Below, one piece after another: positions 1 through 7,745 of a DNA stretch of 64,000 nt. The stretch spans positions 1,312,001-1,376,000 of the forward strand of contig OY969934.1 of NCBI GenBank assembly GCA_963704725.1, given 5' to 3'. How positions within the stretch are numbered: the stretch's first letter is position 1; every line of letters begins with the position of its first letter. The stretch is from an uncultured Actinomycetes bacterium (GTDB lineage: Bacteria > Actinomycetota > UBA4738 > HRBIN12). The translations under genes and the position numbers were made by a program. Under the pieces are notes generated by a model. The model saw only the letters and a program-made list of their open reading frames with translations. It was not told the DNA's origin and made no database searches.

Positions 1-1
1 G

Positions 2-106
2 GTGGCGATCGCCGTCTCGATCGGGGACGGGCCGGGCACGAGCCGCGCCCTGGGGGTCGACCTGTCGTACGACTACGTGAAGATCAACGCGGAGTACACG
101 ACGTGA
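2..106 (+). CDS. argJ: C-terminal fragment of ornithine acetyltransferase ArgJ (partial, runs off window)
   Basis: Frame 2 reads ...[17 protein letters not shown], the typical ArgJ C-terminus; its TGA overlaps the argB GTG. Confidence 0.9.
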   Translation: MAIAVSIGDGPGTSRALGVDLSYDYVKINAEYTT

Positions 107-1011
107 CGCCGGCGCCGCTGCCGCCGCAGGTCCGGGCCGGCACCGTGGCCAAGGCCCGCACGCTGCTCGAGGCGCTGCCGTTCATGCAGGAGCACCGCGG
201 GACCGTCGTCGTCATCAAGATCGGCGGTGCGGTGATGGAGCGGTCGCCGCTGTCACGCTCGTTCGCCGAGGACGTCTCGCTGCTGCAGCACGCCGGCATC
301 CACCCGGTGATCGTCCACGGCGGCGGACCACAGCTCACCCAGGTCTCGGAGCGGCTGGGGCTCGAGACGAGCTTCGTCGACGGCGTCCGCGTGACCGATC
401 GCGAGACGCTCGACGTCGCGACGATGGTGCTGGCCGGGAAGCTGAACACGGAGGTGGTCGGCCTGCTCGTCGCCGGCGGCGTGGCGTCGGTCGGCCTGTC
501 GGGCGTGGACGGCGGGCTCGCGCTCGTGCGGCGCCAGGCCGAGCCGGATCTCGGCTTCGTCGGCGAGATCGTGCGGGTCGACGCGAACGTGGTGCGGACG
601 CTGCTCTCGGCAGGGTTCGTGCCGGTCGTGGCGTCGATCGCCGCGGACGCAGACGGGCATCCGTACAACGTGAACGCCGACGTGATGGCGTCCGAGCTCG
701 CGATCGGGCTGGGGGCGCGCAAGCTCGTCTACGTCAACGACGTGGCCGGGGTGATCGGCCCGGGGGGCGAGCTCCTGTCCGAGCTCTCCGTCGCCGAGGC
801 CCGAGACCTCCTCGGACGGGACGGCGTCGTCGGGGGCGGGATGATCCCCAAGCTCGAGAGCGCGGTCCGGGCGCTGGAGGCCGGCGTCTCGCGCGTCCAC
901 CTCCTCGACGGTCGGGTCGACCACGCCGTGGTCCTGGAGCTCTTCACGCCGGAGGGCATCGGGACCATGGTCACGCCGCCGGCGGAAGCGGCGCCCGGGG
1001 GATCGCCGTGA
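103..1011 (+). CDS. argB: Acetylglutamate kinase
   Basis: [22 protein letters not shown] and GGMIPK motifs; arg operon context. Confidence 0.95.
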   Translation: MTPAPLPPQVRAGTVAKARTLLEALPFMQEHRGTVVVIKIGGAVMERSPLSRSFAEDVSLLQHAGIHPVIVHGGGPQLTQVSERLGLETSFVDGVRVTDRETLDVATMVLAGKLNTEVVGLLVAGGVASVGLSGVDGGLALVRRQAEPDLGFVGEIVRVDANVVRTLLSAGFVPVVASIAADADGHPYNVNADVMASELAIGLGARKLVYVNDVAGVIGPGGELLSELSVAEARDLLGRDGVVGGGMIPKLESAVRALEAGVSRVHLLDGRVDHAVVLELFTPEGIGTMVTPPAEAAPGGSP

Positions 1012-1502
1012 ACCGCAACGGCGGCGCGACGAAGCCCCGGCGCCAGCAGGCGATCCTGTCGCTCGTCGCCCGGGAGCGGCTCGGCAGCCAGGAGGAGATC
1101 CGGGCCCGCCTGCGGGCGCTCGGCCTCGACGCCACCCAGTCCACGATCAGCCGGGACGTCGAGGAGCTCGGGCTGGCGCGCGTGCACGATGCGCGAGGCC
1201 TCCGCTACGTCGTCCCCGGCCACGCGGACGTCTCGGCCCCGGCGGCGCAGCTGCGACACGCGCTCGAGGAGTTCGCGCTCTCGATCGCCGAGGGGGCCGG
1301 AGGCCTCCTCGTGATCCGCACGCCCGCCGGCGCGGCGAACGCCCTCGGCGAGGTGCTCGATCGCGCGGCGCTGCCGCAGATCGCCGGCACGATCGCGGGC
1401 GACGACACGATCCTCGTGGTGCCCGGCAAGAGGTCCAGTGGCCGCGCCGTTCAGGCGGCCCTGGCGCGGATCCGCGACGGGCACGACGAGGAGCACGCAT
1501 GA
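1008..1502 (+). CDS. argR: Arginine repressor
   Basis: TQSTISRD HTH motif and GTIAGDDT arginine-binding motif. Confidence 0.95.
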   Translation: MNRNGGATKPRRQQAILSLVARERLGSQEEIRARLRALGLDATQSTISRDVEELGLARVHDARGLRYVVPGHADVSAPAAQLRHALEEFALSIAEGAGGLLVIRTPAGAANALGEVLDRAALPQIAGTIAGDDTILVVPGKRSSGRAVQAALARIRDGHDEEHA

Positions 1503-1545
1503 GGGGGCCGTCGTGGGATGAGCCCCGAGCGAGAGGAGACGGAGC

Positions 1546-2736
1546 ATGAAGCGCGCGGCCCTGGCCTACTCGGGCGGTCTCGACACCTCGGTCACGATCC
1601 GGTGGCTCGCCGAGCGCGGCTACGAGGTGCACGCCGTCGCCGTCGACGTCGGCCAGCAGGAGGACTTCGAACGGATCCGCCGCCGCGGCGAGGCGGCCGG
1701 AGCGGCGTCGGTTCGGGTCGTGGACGCGGTGGATCGGTTCGCGCGGGAGTTCCTGACGCGGGCGATCCGGGCGAACGGCCTCTACGAGCACAAGTACCCC
1801 ATGGTCTCGGGACTGGCCCGTCCGCTCATCGTCGACGAGGTCGTGCGGGTCGCCCGCGAGGTCGGTGCCGGAACCGTCGCGCACGGCTGCACCGGCAAGG
1901 GCAACGACCAGGTCCGGTTCGAGGTCTCGTTCGGCGTGCTGGCGCCGGAGCTCGAGATCCTCGCGCCGGTGCGCGATCCGGGGATCCCGCGGGACAAGGC
2001 CGTGGCGCTGGCGGACGAGTGGGGCATCCCCATCGCCGACGTGGCGGCGGCGTACTCCGTCGACGAGAACCTGTGGGGGCGCACGGTGGAGTGCGGGCCG
2101 CTCGAGGACCCGTGGGCGGCGCCGCCGGAGGACGCGTTCGAGCGCACCGCCGCGCCGCCCGCCCGCCCGGCCGAGCCCACCGAGACCGGCGTGACGTTCG
2201 AGCGCGGCCTGCCCGTGGCGCTCGACGGCGCGCCCACTGCCCTCCCCGAGCTGATCCGTGCGCTCGATGCGCTCGGCGGCCGGTACGGGTTCGGGAGGGT
2301 CGACATGATCGAGAACCGCCGGGTCGGCATCAAGTCGCGCGAGCTCTACGAGGTGCCGGGGGCGCTCGCCCTGATCGCCGCGCACCAGGCCCTGGAGGAC
2401 CTCACGCTCGAGCGCGAGGTGGCGCACTTCAAGCCGGGCGTCGAGCAGCGGTGGGCCGACCTCGTGTACGACGGGCTGTGGTTCAGCCCGCTGCGCGAGG
2501 CGCTCGACGCGTTCGTCGAGGCGACGCAGGCCCACGTGAGCGGCGAGGTCCGGCTGGCGTTCTCGCCGGGGGCGTGCACGGTCGTCGGGCGGCGGTCGGA
2601 GGCCTCGCTCTACGACCTGTCGCTCGCCACCTACGGACACGACGACGCGTTCGACCAGCGCCACGCCGAGGGCTTCGTGAAGCTGTGGGGCCTGCCGCTC
2701 AAGGTGTGGTCGGCCAAGCAGGGCGGGGTCCGGTGA
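1546..2736 (+). CDS. argG: Argininosuccinate synthase
   Basis: AYSGGLDTS, HGCTGKGNDQVRFE, SVDENLWGR, GIKSRELYE; GAGGAG RBS upstream. Confidence 0.97.
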   Translation: MKRAALAYSGGLDTSVTIRWLAERGYEVHAVAVDVGQQEDFERIRRRGEAAGAASVRVVDAVDRFAREFLTRAIRANGLYEHKYPMVSGLARPLIVDEVVRVAREVGAGTVAHGCTGKGNDQVRFEVSFGVLAPELEILAPVRDPGIPRDKAVALADEWGIPIADVAAAYSVDENLWGRTVECGPLEDPWAAPPEDAFERTAAPPARPAEPTETGVTFERGLPVALDGAPTALPELIRALDALGGRYGFGRVDMIENRRVGIKSRELYEVPGALALIAAHQALEDLTLEREVAHFKPGVEQRWADLVYDGLWFSPLREALDAFVEATQAHVSGEVRLAFSPGACTVVGRRSEASLYDLSLATYGHDDAFDQRHAEGFVKLWGLPLKVWSAKQGGVR

Positions 2737-4118
2737 CGGAGCGGGACGAGCCGGTCTGGTCGGGACGTTTCTCGAGACCGCCGGCGCCGGAGGCGATCGC
2801 GCTCGGGCGGAGCCTGTCGTTCGACGTCCGGCTCGCGCCGCACGACGTGGAGGCCTCGGTCGCGCACGTCCGCGCCCTGGAGCACGCGGGTGTGCTCGAG
2901 GGCGACGACGCCGCGCGGCTGGAGAAGGCGCTGCGGGAGGTGGGGGAGGAGATCGCGTCCGGGGGCTTCGCGTTCCACCCCGCCGACGAGGACGTCCATT
3001 CGGCGATCGAGCGCGGCGTCACGGCGCGGCTCGGCGACCTCGGCGCGAAGCTCCACGCCGGCAGGTCGCGCAACGACCTCGTCATGGCCGACCTCCGGCT
3101 GTGGCTGCTCGACGCGCATCGCCGGATCGAGGACGGTCTCGTTCGGCTCGTTCGGGCGCTCGTGTCCCACGCCGCCGACCACGCCGAGACCGTGATGCCC
3201 GGCACGACGCACGGTCGGCTCGCGCAGCCGGTGACGCTCGGCCACCATCTCCTGGCCCACGCGTGGGCGCTCCTCCGCGACCTGGACCGGTTCCACGGAT
3301 GGCGCGGCCGGGCGAGCGTCTCGCCGCTCGGGGCCGGTGCGCTCGCCACGTCGACCCTGAACCTCGACGCGACGCGGACGGCCGGGCTCCTCGGCTTCGA
3401 GGACCGCTTCGAGAACTCGATCGACGCCGTGAGCGACCGCGACGTCGTGCAGGAGTTCCTGGCGGACGCGTCGATCTGCGCCACGCACCTCTCGCGCCTC
3501 GGCGCCGACCTGGCGCGGTTCTCGGACGAGTCCCTGGGATGGGCGATCCTCGACGAGGCGTACTCGACCGGCTCGAGCATGATGCCCCAGAAGCGGAACC
3601 CCGACGTCGCCGAGCTGGCCAGGGCCAAGGCAGGCCGGGTGCTCGGCGACCTCGTGACGCTCTCGACGGTCCTGCACGGGCTGCCGCTCGGCTACCAGCG
3701 GGACCTGCAGGAGGACAAGGAGGCGGCGTTCGACGCCGCGGACACGCTCGAGACGACGCTCGCCGCGGTGGCCGGCTGCGTCGAGACGATCGCCTTCCGG
3801 CCCGACGCGATGCGGGAGGCCACCCGCGCGGGCGGGCTCTACGCCACCGACCTCGCGGAGGCGCTCGTGCGGACGGGCGTCCCGTTCCGCGAGGCGCATC
3901 GACGTGTGGGCGAGCTGCTCCGGCGGCTCGAGGCCGAGGGCCTCTCGCTCCTCGCCCTGTCTTCGGACGGCTGGGCCGCCCTCGGCCTCCCGGACGGCGC
4001 GGGTCTCCTGGACGCGGACCGCGCCGTCCGGGCCCGCGCGACCCCCGGCGGGCCCTCGCCCGACAGCGTGCGAGCCCAGATCCGGGCGCTCGAGCGCCGG
4101 CTCGCAGCCCGGCCGTGA
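2733..4118 (+). CDS. argH: Argininosuccinate lyase
   Basis: WSGRF, EDVH, GRSRND, STGSSMMPQKRNPD; GTGA overlap with argG used as start. Confidence 0.96.
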   Translation: MTERDEPVWSGRFSRPPAPEAIALGRSLSFDVRLAPHDVEASVAHVRALEHAGVLEGDDAARLEKALREVGEEIASGGFAFHPADEDVHSAIERGVTARLGDLGAKLHAGRSRNDLVMADLRLWLLDAHRRIEDGLVRLVRALVSHAADHAETVMPGTTHGRLAQPVTLGHHLLAHAWALLRDLDRFHGWRGRASVSPLGAGALATSTLNLDATRTAGLLGFEDRFENSIDAVSDRDVVQEFLADASICATHLSRLGADLARFSDESLGWAILDEAYSTGSSMMPQKRNPDVAELARAKAGRVLGDLVTLSTVLHGLPLGYQRDLQEDKEAAFDAADTLETTLAAVAGCVETIAFRPDAMREATRAGGLYATDLAEALVRTGVPFREAHRRVGELLRRLEAEGLSLLALSSDGWAALGLPDGAGLLDADRAVRARATPGGPSPDSVRAQIRALERRLAARP

Positions 4119-4558
4119 CCGTCGAGATCCGCCCGGCGGACCTCGTCGAGGTCCGAGAGCTCCGCCACCTGTTGCTTCGCCCGCATCAGCGGCCTGAGGA
4201 GCTCGTCTACGAGGGGGACGACGCGCCCGAAGCACTTCACCTCGGTGCGTTCGAGGGCGAGCTGCTGGTCGGGATCGCGTCGATCACGAGGGAGCCGCCG
4301 CCCGGCGCCGGGGATCCGGCCGCGTGGCGTGTCCGAGGCATGGCCACCGTCCCCGAGCGCCGGGGCTGGGGGATCGGCGGCGAGCTGCTCGAGGCCTGCA
4401 TCGACCACGCCCGCTCCCACGGCGCCTCCATCGTGTGGTGCAACGGGCGCCTGCCGGCGAGATCGTTCTACGAGCTCCACGGGTTCGCGGTGGAGCGAGG
4501 GCCGTTCGAGGTCGCCGGCATCGGGCCGCACGTCGAGCTCCGCCGCCTCATTCGATAG
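4115..4558 (+). CDS. GNAT N-acetyltransferase (ElaA/YitI-like)
   Basis: RGMAT..RRGWGIG acetyl-CoA motif, VWCNGR, FY..GF; GTGA overlap with argH. Confidence 0.85.
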   Translation: MTVEIRPADLVEVRELRHLLLRPHQRPEELVYEGDDAPEALHLGAFEGELLVGIASITREPPPGAGDPAAWRVRGMATVPERRGWGIGGELLEACIDHARSHGASIVWCNGRLPARSFYELHGFAVERGPFEVAGIGPHVELRRLIR

Positions 4559-4646
4559 CGTGCTCCGCGGAAGGGGCGCCCGATGCGTGGCCGAGCGTCG
4601 TGCGGCCCGAGCAGCGTGAGGTACTCGGCCCGCTCCGCGAATCCGC

Positions 4647-5048
4647 TCACGAGCGCGGATCAATCACCGGAGCCCGGAGCCGCCACAGGGCCGCCCGCGC
4701 GAGCACCATCACGCCAGCGACGATCGCCGCCCCGATCACGCCGGCCGCCGGCGCGATCCACCAGTGGTTCGCCGACAGGTCGAAGGTCCGGCCGGCCAGC
4801 ACCTCCGCCCGCCGGATGCCCCAGAGCACCGCTCGGACGGGGAGGAGGGCGAGCGTCCCGCCGAGGCTCTGGACGAACGGCCGGTCGACGCCGACGGGAA
4901 CGCCCTCCCACAGGATCGCGTAGCCGAGGAGGCCCCACGCGGCCCCCAGGCCGGTCGCCACGCCGGCCGTCGAGAGTCGCGGCGGGGTCTCGTCGCGCAG
5001 CCCGCGGGTCCCGGGTCCGGGCTCGTCCATGGCAGGAGTGTCCGACAT
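4647..5048 (-). CDS. Hypothetical membrane protein
   Basis: 133-aa ORF filling the gap with about three hydrophobic segments; start uncertain. Confidence 0.6.
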   Translation of the reverse strand: MSDTPAMDEPGPGTRGLRDETPPRLSTAGVATGLGAAWGLLGYAILWEGVPVGVDRPFVQSLGGTLALLPVRAVLWGIRRAEVLAGRTFDLSANHWWIAPAAGVIGAAIVAGVMVLARAALWRLRAPVIDPRS

Positions 5049-5080
5049 CGGTGTCCGGACCGTTCGGTACCCTTCCCGAG

Positions 5081-5776
5081 GTGGGGTTCGCCAGCGCGCT
5101 CGTGATCTTCGCCCATCCCGACGACGCCGAGTTCATGTGCGGCGGCACGGTGGCGGCCTGGGCGAAGGAGGGGACCGAGGTGCACTACTGCGTGGTCACC
5201 GACGGTTCGGCCGGCTCGAACGAGCCGGGGGTGACGCGCGAGCAGCTGATCCCCGTCCGCGAGCGGGAGCAACGCGCCGCCGCGGACGTCCTCGGCGTGG
5301 CGAGCGTGACCTTCCTCGGGTTCGTGGACGGGGAGCTCGAGGTGAACCTGGAGACCCGCCGGGCCGTCACCCGCGTCGTCCGCCGGGTCCGCCCCGAGGT
5401 CATCGTGGCGCCGGACCCGTCGCGGCTGTGGTCGGGCAGGGGCTACATCAACCACTGGGACCACAAGCAGGCCGGGACCCTGGCGCTCTGCGCCGTGATG
5501 CCGGATGCTCCGAGTCGCCCTCAGTTCCCCGAGTTGCTCGAGGAGGGCCTCGAACCCTTCGAGGTCCCGAACCTTTGGCTCTCGGTCGAAGAGCCCGATA
5601 CCTACGTGGACATCACCAAGACGATCGACCTCAAGCTCGAGGCCCTTCGGGCCCACGAGTCCCAGGGCGTGGACGACGCCGAGCCCTGGGTGCGGGAGCG
5701 GGCGAAGGAGCTCGGACAGCAGGCCGGCGCGGAGTACGCGGAGGGGTTCCACGCCTTCGCGTTCACGGAGGACTGA
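5081..5776 (+). CDS. PIG-L/MshB-family deacetylase
   Basis: AHPDD metal motif, VTDG, HWDH, HESQ; start placed at GTG 7 nt after TACCCT (5051 is an alternative). Confidence 0.88.
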   Translation: MGFASALVIFAHPDDAEFMCGGTVAAWAKEGTEVHYCVVTDGSAGSNEPGVTREQLIPVREREQRAAADVLGVASVTFLGFVDGELEVNLETRRAVTRVVRRVRPEVIVAPDPSRLWSGRGYINHWDHKQAGTLALCAVMPDAPSRPQFPELLEEGLEPFEVPNLWLSVEEPDTYVDITKTIDLKLEALRAHESQGVDDAEPWVRERAKELGQQAGAEYAEGFHAFAFTED

Positions 5777-6294
5777 TGGAGGACCCGACCGGCGGCGAGG
5801 AAGAGCAGGAGCCCCTCGGCCTCGAGCCCGAGGAGGAGGAGAACGTCCGCGCCGACCTCGACGACCTCGGCGGCATGCGCCAGGTCTTCGAGACGCAGGG
5901 GGTGAAGGGCGTCGTGATCGCCTGCCCCGACTGCGGCGAGAACCACTTCTACGAGTGGGAGCTGTTGAAGGAGAACCTCGAGCACATGCTCGACACCGGC
6001 GAGCCCCGCCTGCACGAGCCGGCCTACGAGGTCCGCGAGGACCAGTACATCCAGTGGGACTACGGCAAGGGCTACATCGACGCCCTCGCCGACACCGGGC
6101 TCGAGCCCGACAGCCAGATCCAGCTCACCCAGTGCGCGTGGTGCCACACGCCGCTCGAGCACCACTTCCAGTTCTGCCCCAAGTGCGGGCGCTCGCTCGG
6201 ACCGGTCCGCCTGTACCGCGAGCTCCTCCAGCGCGGCATCGACGAGCGCGAGGTGCGCGCCATGCTCGTCCGCGCCGGCTTCGAGCCCTTCTAG
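5776..6294 (+). CDS. DUF5319-like protein with C-terminal zinc ribbon
   Basis: DLDDL..GVKGVVIACPDCGENHFYEW..HEPA..WDY core, then CAWC...CPKC; TGATG coupling to upstream gene. Confidence 0.75.
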   Translation: MEDPTGGEEEQEPLGLEPEEEENVRADLDDLGGMRQVFETQGVKGVVIACPDCGENHFYEWELLKENLEHMLDTGEPRLHEPAYEVREDQYIQWDYGKGYIDALADTGLEPDSQIQLTQCAWCHTPLEHHFQFCPKCGRSLGPVRLYRELLQRGIDEREVRAMLVRAGFEPF

Positions 6295-6440
6295 CGGCTC
6301 GGCCCGACCATCCACGGGGCCGCATCGTCGAACGCCGGACCGGGCCGGACGGGCCGCCGTCGACGGGCCGCAGGGCCGTGGGCGCGCGCCGATCGACGCG
6401 GTGCACTGGGCTGGATCGACCCCGAGGGAAGGAGTGGCCG

Positions 6441-7745
6441 GTGAGCGTCCGCTTCCACGTCCTGCCGGTCGCGTCGCCGCTCCACGATCCGGCGGCCCTG
6501 GCGAGCATGACCGAACGGTTCTCCGAGGCATTGGGTGGCATCGGCGGGGTCCTCGGGGGCGAGGCCGATCTCGAGGGCCCGGAACCGGTCCTGTTCCTGG
6601 TGCTCACCGGGGGGACCGAGGGCAGGCTGATCGACCTGTGGCGCCGGCGCGCGGCCACGCCGCACGCGGAGCCCGTGCACCTGCTCGCTCACCCGGGCCA
6701 GAACTCCCTGCCGGCCGCGATGGAGGCGCTGGCCGGGCTCCGGCAGCTCGGCGCGAGGGGCAGGATCCTCCCGCTGCCGGCCGAACCGGACGCCGAATCG
6801 GTGGCCGCCGTCGATCGCGCCGTTCAGGACCTCGAGGTTCGCTCGTGGCTCCGTCGGGGTCGGCTCGGACTCGTCGGTGCGCCGTCCGACTGGCTGGTCG
6901 CGAGCTCGCCCTCAGCCGCGGTCGTTCGCGGAACCTGGGGGCTCGAGGTCGTCCCGGTGGACATCGCGTCCGTCGCCGGGCGGTACCGGGCGGGCGACCC
7001 GGTCGAGGCCGAGCCGCTCGCCGAGTCGGTCTCCAGCGGTGCCCTCGAGGCGCTCGAGCCCACGCCCGAGGAGGTCGCCGAGGCGTCGCGGCTCTACCCC
7101 GCGCTGGAGGGCGTCGTGCGCGAGGAGGGACTGGACGCCGTCACCGTGCGGTGCTTCGACCTGCTCGGGGAGCTGAAGACCTCGGGGTGTCTGGCCCTGT
7201 CCCAGCTGCTCGACGACGGCGTGGTTGCGGGGTGCGAGGGCGACCTCGCGTCGGCCGTGGCGATGATCTGGACCCAGCGACTCCTGCACGCCGTCCCCTG
7301 GATGGCGAACCCGGCCTGGATCGATGGGGACGGCGGCACGGTCGTGCTCGCCCACTGCACCGTGGCGCGATCGCTCGTCGGACGATATCGACTGCGGTCC
7401 CACTTCGAGTCCGGGATCGGCGTGGGCATCCAGGGCGAGCTGCCGGCGGGCGACGTCACCCTGGTCCGCGTCGGCGGGCTCGAGCTCGAGCGGCTGTGGG
7501 TGGCCGACGGGGAGGCGCTCCCCGCACCGGCCCGGGAGGGCCTGTGCCGGACCCAGCTCACCGTGCGCCTCGACGCGCCGAGACTCGCGGAGCTGCTCCG
7601 GGACCCGCTCGGGAACCACATCGTCGCGGTCGCGGGGCACCACGCGGATCGGCTGCGCGAGTGGTGGGAGCTCATGGTGCCGGTGAGCGCCGATCGTCAA
7701 GCTCCGCTCGAGCCGGCTCGTCTGCCCGTTCCGGCCGCGCGCTAA
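6441..7745 (+). CDS. L-fucose/L-arabinose isomerase-like protein
   Basis: TVRCFDL, GCEGDL, MANP, AHCT, CRTQ, LGNH motifs; GAAGGAG RBS before GTG 6441. Confidence 0.75.
   Translation: MSVRFHVLPVASPLHDPAALASMTERFSEALGGIGGVLGGEADLEGPEPVLFLVLTGGTEGRLIDLWRRRAATPHAEPVHLLAHPGQNSLPAAMEALAGLRQLGARGRILPLPAEPDAESVAAVDRAVQDLEVRSWLRRGRLGLVGAPSDWLVASSPSAAVVRGTWGLEVVPVDIASVAGRYRAGDPVEAEPLAESVSSGALEALEPTPEEVAEASRLYPALEGVVREEGLDAVTVRCFDLLGELKTSGCLALSQLLDDGVVAGCEGDLASAVAMIWTQRLLHAVPWMANPAWIDGDGGTVVLAHCTVARSLVGRYRLRSHFESGIGVGIQGELPAGDVTLVRVGGLELERLWVADGEALPAPAREGLCRTQLTVRLDAPRLAELLRDPLGNHIVAVAGHHADRLREWWELMVPVSADRQAPLEPARLPVPAAR

Noticed and set aside
1518-4118. Apparent 866-aa ArgH with a long N-terminal extension
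   Set aside because: The extension is an off-frame read of argG; ArgH similarity begins at GTG 2733.
6441-7745. Candidate LarA client for the lar operon
   Set aside because: Motifs fit the FucI/AraA-like family, not LarA, and it lies about 13 kb from the lar genes.
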